From: a candidate division FCPU426 bacterium
GTDB lineage: Bacteria > Oederibacteriota > Muellerivitia > Muellerivitales > Muellerivitaceae
Assembly: GCA_963719085.1 (NCBI GenBank)
Contig: CAVRAL010000001.1
Coordinates: 1,312,001 to 1,376,000, forward strand
DNA length: 64,000 nt
Direction of reading: 5' to 3'
Below, piece after piece: positions 9,740-19,238 of the stretch. A program made the position numbers and the translations under genes. Position 1 is the stretch's first letter. The number at the start of each line of letters is the position of its first letter. The notes under the pieces are model-generated. The model saw nothing but the letters and a program-made list of their open reading frames with translations. It was not told where the DNA came from and did not search any database.

Positions 9740-9794
9740 CTCAACGCGGATTTAGCCCGACTGCTCCAAAACCATTACCCTACAATGCGAATCT

Positions 9795-10907
9795 TCACTC
9801 TGCCGACTTAGCGATCTGTCCGTTTGTCATACTGGTGTCATTGTACTTTTCCACCTGTTTAAAGGCGTCCTCCCGGTCTTTCCGGTCGATCCGGTTGTAC
9901 CGTTTGAACATGGCATAAGTCTTATGGCCTGATATCGACATAATGACTGAATCGTTCACTCCCGCTTTCCTCAAATTAGTCACCGCGCAATGCCTAAGGT
10001 CGTGAAACCTGAAATCCACGATCCCCGCCTCGCGCCGGGCGTTGGTGAAAGCGGTTTTAATATCATCCATACGTTCGCCCTTATGGGTGAAAACATAAGG
10101 ACTTCCAAGGGTCTTAGGCGTCCGTTTCAAGAGTTCAATCAAAGTCTCCGTCAACGGCACTTCCCGTTTTTCTTGGGTTTTAGTGTCGGCGGCTTCCAGC
10201 GTAATAACCTTATGCTGAAAATCCACCTGCTCCCACCTTAGGCCCAAAATTTCACCCTTCCTCATACCCGTCCAATAAGCCAACTGGACAATGGTACTGA
10301 TACGGGGTGAACACCGCGCCAAAAACACCTGGTATTCCTCAGGTGATAAGGTACGGTCACGGGATGCTTCCTTGAAGGCTCGGACCCTCTGAATCGGGTT
10401 CTTCTCCGACAAACCGTTAAGAACAGCCCGATTCAAAATGCACTTGAGGATACCCAAGTCCCGGTTAATGGTGCTGTTAGACAGCGACTTCCCAAAACGG
10501 TTTTTTCCTGGACCCTGATTCCCGGCCTTCCGCCGATGGTTCAAAAAGCCTTCCACGAGGTCCGGGGTAAAACTCGTCAAGGGCCTGTCACCAAAATAGG
10601 CCTTGAGTCTGTCCACCATTTGGATGTCGTTTTCGTAGGTCTTCCTTCGCACTTCGGAATACCCTAGAAACGAATCCGCCGCCTCGAAAAAGCCCGGTTC
10701 CGGTTTGCCTTCGGCCAAAAACTTGCCCGCCACAATTTCCTGCGTATGCTTGGCAAGGATTAATCTAGCCTGGGCCGCCGGAATCTGTCCCAATCGGACC
10801 CTCTTACGCTTCTTAATTCCCCCTTCTTCGACAAAATAATCTAAAAAATAACCCTTCAAATCCTTTCGGAGATGTTCGGGCAATCCATGAACATTAGGTT
10901 TACTCAT
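9795..10907 (-). CDS. Tyrosine recombinase / phage integrase
   Basis: TGMRKGE, KT, FHDLRH, SGHKT, Y catalytic residues (R-K-H-R-H-Y). Confidence 0.96.
   Translation of the reverse strand: MSKPNVHGLPEHLRKDLKGYFLDYFVEEGGIKKRKRVRLGQIPAAQARLILAKHTQEIVAGKFLAEGKPEPGFFEAADSFLGYSEVRRKTYENDIQMVDRLKAYFGDRPLTSFTPDLVEGFLNHRRKAGNQGPGKNRFGKSLSNSTINRDLGILKCILNRAVLNGLSEKNPIQRVRAFKEASRDRTLSPEEYQVFLARCSPRISTIVQLAYWTGMRKGEILGLRWEQVDFQHKVITLEAADTKTQEKREVPLTETLIELLKRTPKTLGSPYVFTHKGERMDDIKTAFTNARREAGIVDFRFHDLRHCAVTNLRKAGVNDSVIMSISGHKTYAMFKRYNRIDRKDREDAFKQVEKYNDTSMTNGQIAKSAE
9824..9841. promoter_or_regulatory. Putative integrase arm-type sites ((T/G)TGTCAT x2)
   Basis: Same motif occurs three times at 20464-20491 near the other att. 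Confidence 0.6.
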
Positions 10908-11106
10908 TACGTCCTCCCAATGTCCCTAGCGGCTCAATTGTATCAGGCTTGTGAAAAACCCGGTTAAACTCTGAAAGCCATATCCGCGGGTGTTTCCCCA
11001 CCTTTACAAAAGGCAATACCCCAGTTTGCCGCCAATACTTAACCGTATTGGGGCTAACCTTTGCTAATTGGGCTACCTCTTGATCCGTTAATAAGCTATC
11101 AGCCAT
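10900..11106 (-). CDS. Excisionase-like HTH_17 protein
   Basis: LLTDQEVAQLAKVSPNTVKYW...G.LP..KVG; overlaps integrase start. Confidence 0.88.
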   Translation of the reverse strand: MADSLLTDQEVAQLAKVSPNTVKYWRQTGVLPFVKVGKHPRIWLSEFNRVFHKPDTIEPLGTLGGRNE

Positions 11107-11229
11107 AAATTTAACCCTATCCTTAAATTACTCCCCGATAACCGGGGATAAACTTTCAAAAACTGCTTTTAAATTCGTTTAAAACTATCGGTTAACTTCT
11201 AAATAACTCCCCTAATATTTGGGAAATCC

Positions 11230-11619
11230 CTAAGAAGATTCCCCCTCCCCTGCTTTAGCCTTCTTTTTTAACCCCTTTTTAATTTGAAGCTTTATGGCTT
11301 CAATTTCGGCTTTTAAAGCCGTTTCAACGAACTTCGTATCCTCATCCACGAATAACCCCCTCTTATCCCTAACATCCTTCAATTTGGCCTTCACTTCTTC
11401 CAACAGGGCTACTTTTTCGAGGATTAGCCCCCCGGACTTCTTTTTGAATGCTTCGCCTTCCCCTTCCATCCATTCCCGAAGCTTTTCTTCTCCCCTTGCC
11501 CTTCGAATGAAAGCTTGAAGACCGCAGGCATCACATATGAAATACGGTTTTGCTTTCACCGTTTTCTTAACTTCAACCATTCCGCCACATAAAAAACATG
11601 GGATTTTGTTTAATTCCAT
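11230..11619 (-). CDS. Zinc-ribbon (CxxC...CxxC) coiled-coil hypothetical protein
   Basis: CFLCGG...CDACG followed by a helical, Lys/Glu-rich region. Confidence 0.7.
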   Translation of the reverse strand: MELNKIPCFLCGGMVEVKKTVKAKPYFICDACGLQAFIRRARGEEKLREWMEGEGEAFKKKSGGLILEKVALLEEVKAKLKDVRDKRGLFVDEDTKFVETALKAEIEAIKLQIKKGLKKKAKAGEGESS

Positions 11620-11800
11620 GAAATGACCATCCTTTCGTTACGTTACGTTCGTTGTGGACCATTCCCCCAGAAAAGACTCAGGGGGAAATAAAAAAGCCCA
11701 TAGAAGAATGATTCCTTCTATGGGCGAATACTAAACGACTAATGGAAAAAGACGGTAGGAGCGGACAAGGAACGACGAAGGAATGAAACAGATTTATCTT

Positions 11801-12712
11801 TTATGAATTTTGGGTAGGATTCTCAAAAGAAAGGCCGAGATCAATTTCCCGAACACTATTTTCGAGGTATTTCGGATTCAATTGCCAAAAGCCTTTTCCC
11901 GAAGGCCCAGCAATCACCAATTCATGCCACGATTCCCCTTTATGGCTTTTGAATATTTGGCTCAGGGAATCGCTTTGAATTTCCTTCGGTAAATAGGCGT
12001 GAATTTCGTCAATATGAATTTCGGGGAGGTTTTTCAAAAAGGTTTCGAATAGAATTCGAACAACCTTGGCCGCGTTCGAATGAAATGACCATTTCTTCTT
12101 CCCAAACATAACCACGTTACACAATTTCGAATAACAGAGCTGTGTTTTCGACTCCCCAAGGGAATTCCCCTGATTAGGATAAAGGCGTAAATCCAGCCTG
12201 AATTTCACCCAAGCTTCCCCTAAAAGGCTCTGAATATCTTTGTAATTCAAATAAACGTCAATATGCTCATCACCCGAAAACCCTATTTGGTCTTGGCCGA
12301 ATTCCCCGCCTGTATTCCTAGTCCCACTTGACCAAAACGTTCCGTAATATCCCAAATGCCCTAGGGCCTCTTTCGAAGCTTCGACCGAAATTTCGGTCAA
12401 TTCGGAAATTCGAACCGCCGAAATAGACTTCAAATTGGGGTTTTTACGAAGTTCAATCCGGATTGCCTTGATAACCTTATCAAGGTTTTCGAATACCGTA
12501 TCTTTCGAATTAACTACCCAAATACCCAAAAGATTTAAAAGGTTGTCCGTAACAAAGGCCCGATGTAGGTTTTCATACTTAAACCCTGCTGGAATTTCAC
12601 CGTAAAGATTCACTTTAAATGTCGCGGGATCGGGGACACCTTCATTGGCGTATATGGCCTTAAGCCAAAGCATTTCAGGCTTCGAAAGTTTAAGGTCTTT
12701 TAAAAATAACAT
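11801..12712 (-). CDS. Hypothetical protein with probable winged-helix domains
   Basis: 303-aa AT-rich ORF followed by terminator-like hairpin ~11690-11725. Confidence 0.7.
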   Translation of the reverse strand: MLFLKDLKLSKPEMLWLKAIYANEGVPDPATFKVNLYGEIPAGFKYENLHRAFVTDNLLNLLGIWVVNSKDTVFENLDKVIKAIRIELRKNPNLKSISAVRISELTEISVEASKEALGHLGYYGTFWSSGTRNTGGEFGQDQIGFSGDEHIDVYLNYKDIQSLLGEAWVKFRLDLRLYPNQGNSLGESKTQLCYSKLCNVVMFGKKKWSFHSNAAKVVRILFETFLKNLPEIHIDEIHAYLPKEIQSDSLSQIFKSHKGESWHELVIAGPSGKGFWQLNPKYLENSVREIDLGLSFENPTQNS

Positions 12713-12783
12713 CTATCATTTAACCCCGTTATTCGGAAAAACTAAAATCAACTAAACCACTTCAAAACCAAACAAATGCACAT

Positions 12784-13659
12784 TCAATCAGAAGTAATTT
12801 TATTTAACCAAGATTTCACAATCTTCAGCGATTCTTCATTACTATTGTAATTTTCGTATATCTTATGAAAAAAATCGGAGGGCATTTTTTGAATATTTTT
12901 ATTTTTCAAAAGCAAACACTTCCGCTGCAGGAAATGCATCATTCCGAGTTCATATGTGACATTTGGGTTGAAGATCGGTTTCCGTGGCAAAGAATCAAAT
13001 ATAGCTATGCCATATTTGGAACTTATTAAACAAGCTTGCCAGTTATACATGTCGTCAGTTAAAGAATGTTCATTCGCAATAATGGCATTGAACGTTTTAT
13101 CGTTTTCATGATATTCGTTAATAGTTTTTTTTATCGCAAGATACAGCTTACTACTTGCTTTTTCGTAACGAGTCATAATAAAAACATTGGTATCAAAAGG
13201 ATATTTTTTTAAAAATTTTTCTATTTTCCCGACATGTCCAACCAAATGAGGTGGAAATAATTCCGAAGGTAAATCCGGAATACTTTGAATGAACCCCAGA
13301 TGTTGAATTGCAGTTCCCGGCGCCCCCCCAAACTTAAGGGTATTTATAGTCAATAAACCGATTATTTTTCGTATGTCTTTTAACTTTAATCGAAATTTAG
13401 ATTTATTAATTTTTTTCGTAATATTCGAAAACACGTATTCAAATATTGGCTCAACTTGACTCAATAAGTCTGTATTGCTTTTTGTAGCGCTAAAAATAAC
13501 CTTTATGTTCTGCGACCAGGTGAAATAGAGTTCGTTTAACCGTTCTTTAAGCGATGAATCAGTAATGGTTTTCGTACTGATCTTTGAAATGTCGCCAATG
13601 ATGGCGTCCAGTTCCTGATTAAAAACTTTAATCTTTACCATCAAATGGCTAGATGTCAT
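12784..13659 (-). CDS. Protein with C-terminal TIR-like / nucleoside 2-deoxyribosyltransferase-like domain
   Basis: NVFIM, YGIAIFD, FNPNVTYELG, LLLK, MPSD motifs. Confidence 0.7.
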   Translation of the reverse strand: MTSSHLMVKIKVFNQELDAIIGDISKISTKTITDSSLKERLNELYFTWSQNIKVIFSATKSNTDLLSQVEPIFEYVFSNITKKINKSKFRLKLKDIRKIIGLLTINTLKFGGAPGTAIQHLGFIQSIPDLPSELFPPHLVGHVGKIEKFLKKYPFDTNVFIMTRYEKASSKLYLAIKKTINEYHENDKTFNAIIANEHSLTDDMYNWQACLISSKYGIAIFDSLPRKPIFNPNVTYELGMMHFLQRKCLLLKNKNIQKMPSDFFHKIYENYNSNEESLKIVKSWLNKITSD

Positions 13660-14141
13660 TTTTTAGAAGAAGCTATTAAATTCAAAACGATATCTTCTCC
13701 ACTAGTTGTGAGTGCAAAAGTCCTTTTATTTTCTTCATTTTCACCCGCTCCCATCATTAACCCTTGCTTGACTAACTTAGAAACGGTGTCACTGATATTT
13801 GTGAATTTTGATTGCTTAGCGTTTTTACATAATTCAGCAATGTCAGATGTTGTGAAATTGGGCTTATCGAGATTATTTTCCAAAAAATAAGCTAATGCCA
13901 AAGCTAAATCAGCTTGGCTTTTTGGTGAAACTTTTTTCCTTATAAACTCGCTAGGAGCCAAAGCCTTATCAATCGGCTTCGAAACCGCTTGCGCAGCCGA
14001 AGGAATTACCATAGAGTCGCCAAGATTATTTTTTTTATGTTTGGCAATAAATTCTTCAATTTTATTTTCCACATACTTCTCAGGTCCCGTAACTTCGACG
14101 GAAAAATTCCCTAATTGTACTTTTATTGTTACGTTCGGCAT
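13656..14141 (-). CDS. Winged-helix hypothetical protein
   Basis: LAYFL...FTTSDI...NISDTVSKLVKQG...FALTTSGE; GAGGA RBS; ATGA overlap with next gene. Confidence 0.75.
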   Translation of the reverse strand: MPNVTIKVQLGNFSVEVTGPEKYVENKIEEFIAKHKKNNLGDSMVIPSAAQAVSKPIDKALAPSEFIRKKVSPKSQADLALALAYFLENNLDKPNFTTSDIAELCKNAKQSKFTNISDTVSKLVKQGLMMGAGENEENKRTFALTTSGEDIVLNLIASSKK

Positions 14142-14347
14142 TTGTTTCCTCGATTCAAAACTTAATGTTATTTGGATATTGAAATGCAAAGGAACTGCAT
14201 CTCCGCAGTATACAGCTATCGTTTCCAGGCACATCGCTTTAATCAGATAATTCTAATTCGCAAACTACTATCTGGGTTAAATCTGAAAAAGCAAACTTCT
14301 GTCAAAGCAGACATTTTTAAATAATCAACGGCTTGTGGCATTTGAAA

Positions 14348-14749
14348 TCAATGTTGTTCGATGTACTCCTGAATCTTCTTCTTAAACTCAATCGGGCTTT
14401 CAATACATTTATAAACTTCTCTAATACCGCCGGAACTCGCAATAATAATTGTACCGTAATTCAACCATCTCCCGAATATCCCCTGGTTTACAGCGATATT
14501 TGAAATTTTGTTTAACTGTGTTTCCAACGTGCGAGTTTCAAAAACACCCACTTTAATTAAAGTCCTCTTATCGGTAACTGCAAATTCAGAAGATTTTCTC
14601 TTTATAAAATTATAAACCCCTAAAATGATCCCCAATGGGAAAAATACTATTAACCAAAAAACCGTCCAACGAAAAACGATCCAATGAAATCGCGTTTCAT
14701 AAATAAGTTTTTCGTCATTTGCTAAATTCTCATCAATATAACGGCCCAT
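14348..14749 (-). CDS. Bacterial PH-domain (bPH_2-like) membrane protein
   Basis: One TM region, SEFAVTDKR.LIK.G, QGIFGRWLNYGTI motif. Confidence 0.85.
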   Translation of the reverse strand: MGRYIDENLANDEKLIYETRFHWIVFRWTVFWLIVFFPLGIILGVYNFIKRKSSEFAVTDKRTLIKVGVFETRTLETQLNKISNIAVNQGIFGRWLNYGTIIIASSGGIREVYKCIESPIEFKKKIQEYIEQH

Positions 14750-14900
14750 TGCCCCCCCTATTTCTTCACGATTTTAATATTTTCTGTTTTTTAAATCGCG
14801 CCTATTTCGCATTCACCTCATTACTCATGCTTTACTTTTTCTGACTTTCGACTCCAATCACCCAAGTTGAACCGCCATCACAACTTCACTTACATAAAAT

Positions 14901-15671
14901 TCAATTTTGAGTTCTCGTTCTATTTTCAAAAAGGAGTTTTTTGAAGATCACTTCGTTGTGGTAAAACACACTTTCTTTGCTAACCAAATGGTCCTTAGCT
15001 ATCTTTAATTTGAATTTATTTAACGCTATAGCGCCGAAGTCCAATAAAACATGATGTAAAGGACACACACAAATAACATTTTCTACTTTATCCGAGCCCT
15101 TGTGTTGTCGACCCAATGGCCTTATATGATGGGCTTCAGAATAGAAGTTTCCACGGGACAATCGAATTCGTTTGCCACATACCTGACACCGATGTTGGTG
15201 CATTTCCTTTACCCATCTGGAAACTTTGGTATCTCTAATAATTCGATAACTTTCTTTAAGCAACCTTCTTATCTCTTGAGAACCTTTAGGCATGTCGAAA
15301 GCCCGTAGTCGTCGCCTCTTAATATTTTGCGCTTTCATTTTTGAGGCTTGTTCCGAGGTTCGGATCATTTGTCTGACTTCAGAGTACTTAAAATTTCTAT
15401 AGCCAGGAACGGCCGATATACCTTTCTTAACATGCAAATCATGCCCATGTTGAAAATATTTATTTTTCTCATAGGTCTTACGATTGCGAATTACTAAATA
15501 GCCGCCTTTGTCAAAGAGCACACCCGGGAAATTTTTTAGGCTGTGATACCACTTACCGTCCTTACGATATAAGGCATGTTTTGCCCCAAGGCCAAAGTGG
15601 GCATTCAACATCTTTCCAGTTAACTTTTCAGAGTTTTTTTTATTTATTATATTTTTCAAAACATTGTCCAT
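14901..15671 (-). CDS. HNH endonuclease
   Basis: CQVCG...EAHHIRPL...GSD...NVICVCPLHH...D; distinct N-terminal domain (ALYRKDGKWYH). Confidence 0.88.
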   Translation of the reverse strand: MDNVLKNIINKKNSEKLTGKMLNAHFGLGAKHALYRKDGKWYHSLKNFPGVLFDKGGYLVIRNRKTYEKNKYFQHGHDLHVKKGISAVPGYRNFKYSEVRQMIRTSEQASKMKAQNIKRRRLRAFDMPKGSQEIRRLLKESYRIIRDTKVSRWVKEMHQHRCQVCGKRIRLSRGNFYSEAHHIRPLGRQHKGSDKVENVICVCPLHHVLLDFGAIALNKFKLKIAKDHLVSKESVFYHNEVIFKKLLFENRTRTQN

Positions 15672-15690
15672 TTAATCATCAAAAAAATAA

Positions 15691-16479
15691 TTAGACCGCG
15701 TAAGGACGCCGAAGCGAAAGATACCCTTCGACCGTTTTCACAATTTGAATTGAAGCACCATCATCTATGTCAGGAACACCAATGACTTTAGAAATCCAAG
15801 CCATTTTTCCATCACGCCTAACTATCCAATTCGACAAGACTCCAGAACTATCCTCAATTTGAATTTCGCCATTAGGAATTCTAATTGTAGACGCAAACAT
15901 AATTGCTCCATCAGTCGCACTATACTTTCCAAATCCCAAACTTTCTTTCCGAACATCTAAAGTCCCCTCAACACCATAAGCTACAACACCATTGCCAGTT
16001 CGAAAGACAGATACAGAAAGCATCTGAACATCCAAACCTAGTAATGCGAGTTCCCAAGAACGAAAATTTTTGTTAGCTACGACAGCAACGCGCTTGGGTA
16101 CGTTATCTAAAAAATTAACAGCTTGTCCTCGGGAGATATCCAAGCTACTAGCCAGAGTACTAATACAATCATCCTCCCAGCGACCGTACCTTAGTACCTG
16201 AAGTTGAGGCAATACATGTTGCTCAAGAGAATGTGATACTAATTCCACCTCGATAACAAACCAATGAGAAGCGTCTGGAGCAACAAGTGCCAAATCCGCC
16301 CTAGATTTCCGGCCTTCAAAGCTGAAGGTCCCCCTAAATGGGATGCACTTATAGCCAAGCCTAAAACACATTAAAGCCTTTGCCACTTCGCTTTCAAACT
16401 GAGCCTCAGTGAAAGAGACAGGATCAACCAGTCCAAACCGACGATCATCTGAACACTCTCCTACCATAACCATCTTCAT
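15691..16479 (-). CDS. Putative PD-(D/E)xK-fold nuclease (E...RAD...IEVE variant)
   Basis: FTEAQFE, RADLALV, WFVIEVEL; ATGA overlap with helicase stop. Confidence 0.6.
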   Translation of the reverse strand: MKMVMVGECSDDRRFGLVDPVSFTEAQFESEVAKALMCFRLGYKCIPFRGTFSFEGRKSRADLALVAPDASHWFVIEVELVSHSLEQHVLPQLQVLRYGRWEDDCISTLASSLDISRGQAVNFLDNVPKRVAVVANKNFRSWELALLGLDVQMLSVSVFRTGNGVVAYGVEGTLDVRKESLGFGKYSATDGAIMFASTIRIPNGEIQIEDSSGVLSNWIVRRDGKMAWISKVIGVPDIDDGASIQIVKTVEGYLSLRRPYAV

Positions 16480-17639
16480 GCCTTGCCCCATTCCACTTTG
16501 GCAATTCCTTCCATTTCCCGTTCCTCTTCTTTTAACCGTGCCACTTCAGGATCAGTCGCGACCAATGTATAAACAACAGCATTACTCTTATCATGGGAAG
16601 GGCGCAAAACTCTCCCAAGTCTTTGAATGCGCTGTCGCCTTGTTGCCGTGCTCGCAGCGACAATCCCGATTTCAACTTCAGGAACATTAAAGCCTTCATC
16701 CAAAGCACGACATGTAACCAAAACATTTATTATACCTTTTCTAAAAGCAGCCAGTGTTTCAGCTCGCTCCCGTAAAGGTAATTTAGAATGATAGACGCCA
16801 GCTTTTACAGAGTTTGTCGTGAGCACTTCATAAATCAAATTGCAAGCTTCAATGTCTTCGTGAAAAACAAGAATCCTTCTTCCTGCGTTCTTCCGAACGA
16901 GACGCAACGCCAACTTTACGCGATTCAAACTCATATTTAAAATACGGCTCCTGCGCAATAACAGCGCTATGGTTTCTTCGGCTTCTATCCCTCGGCTTTG
17001 TATTGAGCGCGCAATCGATCGAGTTAACTTGTCATATTCCCTTTGATTATCTTCCTCCAAATCAAAAACGATATTTTTCAAAACGAAAGGAACAATTAAT
17101 TTGTCACGAAGGGCATCTTTATATGTATATTCGTAAATTACATTTCCAAGCTGCGGAATTAATATTTCCGTCAACCAATCATCGTAAGCACGCTCAGGGG
17201 TTGCAGAAAGTCCCAATGATGCTGATCGAGGAACCTGGAAAATGTTGCGGAACTTCTCACTTGCAGCTTTATGACATTCATCAACAATTAGAAGGCAGGA
17301 CTTACCCAAGTGTGCAGATGCTTTGGACCAATCCAATTTCGCAGCTGAATTCAAAACCGCAATATTGATCGCCCCACGCCTGAATCCTTGGCGCTTATCA
17401 ATTATTCGTATGTCGTCGAGTTCGAGTCCAAAGTAGTGGCTAGCTTCTTCCCACCACTGTTCAAGCAATGCTAACGTGGGAACTACAATGAGAGTTGTTT
17501 CTGGCGAAATCTCTTTGATGCAGGCAAGAGCAAAAACAGTTTTACCGGCACCTGTAACAACACTGGCGATACCCTTATTACCTGCCGCTTTCCAAACCTT
17601 TAGGGCTTCCTTTTGCCATTGTCGTAATTGGTTGCTCAT
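16476..17639 (-). CDS. SF2 DEAH-box helicase (XPB/ResIII-like)
   Basis: LRQWQ, TGAGKT, DECH, SATP, LDEGFNVP, QRLGRVLR. Confidence 0.93.
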   Translation of the reverse strand: MSNQLRQWQKEALKVWKAAGNKGIASVVTGAGKTVFALACIKEISPETTLIVVPTLALLEQWWEEASHYFGLELDDIRIIDKRQGFRRGAINIAVLNSAAKLDWSKASAHLGKSCLLIVDECHKAASEKFRNIFQVPRSASLGLSATPERAYDDWLTEILIPQLGNVIYEYTYKDALRDKLIVPFVLKNIVFDLEEDNQREYDKLTRSIARSIQSRGIEAEETIALLLRRSRILNMSLNRVKLALRLVRKNAGRRILVFHEDIEACNLIYEVLTTNSVKAGVYHSKLPLRERAETLAAFRKGIINVLVTCRALDEGFNVPEVEIGIVAASTATRRQRIQRLGRVLRPSHDKSNAVVYTLVATDPEVARLKEEEREMEGIAKVEWGKA

Positions 17640-17648
17640 TTTTATCGC

Positions 17649-19238
17649 CTATGAAGTTGTAGGCCTTGACGAAGAAGATGCCTCAGGAACATTCGACGCA
17701 GCTTCCCTTTCAGTTGCTGCCTTGTTCTCAATCCTAACAATTTTGGCCTTAAGAAGATCATTTTTGAGACGACGGACACTGTCAGGATTCACGCGACCTT
17801 GCAAACTTGTAACGCGAAATTCCGAAATAGCATCATAAATAAACTGCCGCAAACACTCTTCGATAGCTTCGGTTGAATAAATTGAAGAGTAGTATGGATG
17901 AAGACCGTTGACAATGATATGGATGACCCCCTTTTCAGCCCCAGCCTCAATCGTAACATAGGGATCGTGCTCGCTTCTTTCCTGTTCTGAGACTATCACT
18001 TTCAGATCAGACAAAACTTCGAGAGTATATAGACGATCGTCCACGCTGAGTGAAGCGACTTGTTTAGCATTATTGGCTTGAATCGTCTCAACTGGAGGTA
18101 ATACCACCGTACTAATTGCATCCTTGATCTCAGGATTTACGAATTCCGAAGCCATACTTTCAACCAAGTCCTTCATCTTTTCTTTTGACCATGATTGCCC
18201 TCGATCGCCCCGACGACTTTGAGCATACTCCCGATATGTTTTTGTTGCGTTTTCAAGATATCTTTCCAATTCCTCTTCTTCATTTCCTTGAAAAAGAATC
18301 GCATCCTTTGTATGAGAAACCTCAAAACCATCCAACTCGATGACTCCAGCGAGACGTTGGGCAATAAGATTATTTGCACCCTCATCATCAACACCGCCAA
18401 ATATGTTACTCGGCTTCCAAGCATTTGGGACACCTTGGATTTGACGCCCATGTTGGAATAAGGAAAAACCTGCCCATTTTCTGCCACCACTCCCTTTACG
18501 AAGGACACCAAACCACCCCTTCACTTTCTTCCCTTCAATATTTACATCAAATTCTTGTTTCATAGACTTACCTTCTGCATCGGTATCGATAGCATATTTA
18601 TCAATACTGGTAACCGCCTCACCGTTATAAGTAAGTTTCAAAACACCTGAAGAAAGGTCAAACCGATACATAGAGCCAAAATAAGTACGAATGGTATCTT
18701 CAGTTCTTTTCTGAATGTGTCTATTCAAATCAGAAATGATAATACGAGTGTAGTGTAAATTTTTATCTACGGGGCGGGACGTCAACGGAACGCGGGCGCG
18801 CCCTTCGACAATCGCGTTTACATCAATATCTGCCGTCCACTCAATACCACTATCCCATTCACAAGTAACTACCTGCCACCGTCTTCCTATCCAACACGCG
18901 GCCGTCTTCAATCCCATTCCATACTTCGATCGCCCCTTACTATCGCTAGTAGGATTAGCGATTTTAAGGGCTTGAATTAGCTTATCTTTAGTCATTCCAA
19001 TTGAATTGTCCTCAATGGTTATCGTCTTTTGTGTTTTGCTGTGAATTATATCAACCACTAGACCTGTGCCTTCCGCCTTGAAAATATCATTCACAATTCC
19101 GCCATAATTCGTGCGCGATTGAGTCGAATTATCAATAAACTCGGCGAGCGCATACCACATCGTATAAGGCAGACGGCTAAACTGACTAATGGCGCTTACA
19201 CCAACAGTTAAATCCGTTACATCATTTTCCTGTTGCAC
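17649..19238 (-). CDS. MORC/GHKL-family ATPase
   Basis: ALAEFIDNS, IEDNSIGM, SKYGMGLKTA; S5-like region (GFSLFQHGRQI); GGAGG RBS before GTG. Confidence 0.88.
   Translation of the reverse strand: MQQENDVTDLTVGVSAISQFSRLPYTMWYALAEFIDNSTQSRTNYGGIVNDIFKAEGTGLVVDIIHSKTQKTITIEDNSIGMTKDKLIQALKIANPTSDSKGRSKYGMGLKTAACWIGRRWQVVTCEWDSGIEWTADIDVNAIVEGRARVPLTSRPVDKNLHYTRIIISDLNRHIQKRTEDTIRTYFGSMYRFDLSSGVLKLTYNGEAVTSIDKYAIDTDAEGKSMKQEFDVNIEGKKVKGWFGVLRKGSGGRKWAGFSLFQHGRQIQGVPNAWKPSNIFGGVDDEGANNLIAQRLAGVIELDGFEVSHTKDAILFQGNEEEELERYLENATKTYREYAQSRRGDRGQSWSKEKMKDLVESMASEFVNPEIKDAISTVVLPPVETIQANNAKQVASLSVDDRLYTLEVLSDLKVIVSEQERSEHDPYVTIEAGAEKGVIHIIVNGLHPYYSSIYSTEAIEECLRQFIYDAISEFRVTSLQGRVNPDSVRRLKNDLLKAKIVRIENKAATEREAASNVPEASSSSRPTTS

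Noticed and set aside
9664..9918. ORFs containing MAGLTGLEPATSCVT (also 20622..20867)
   Set aside because: Translations of antisense tRNA-Asp sequence, not proteins.
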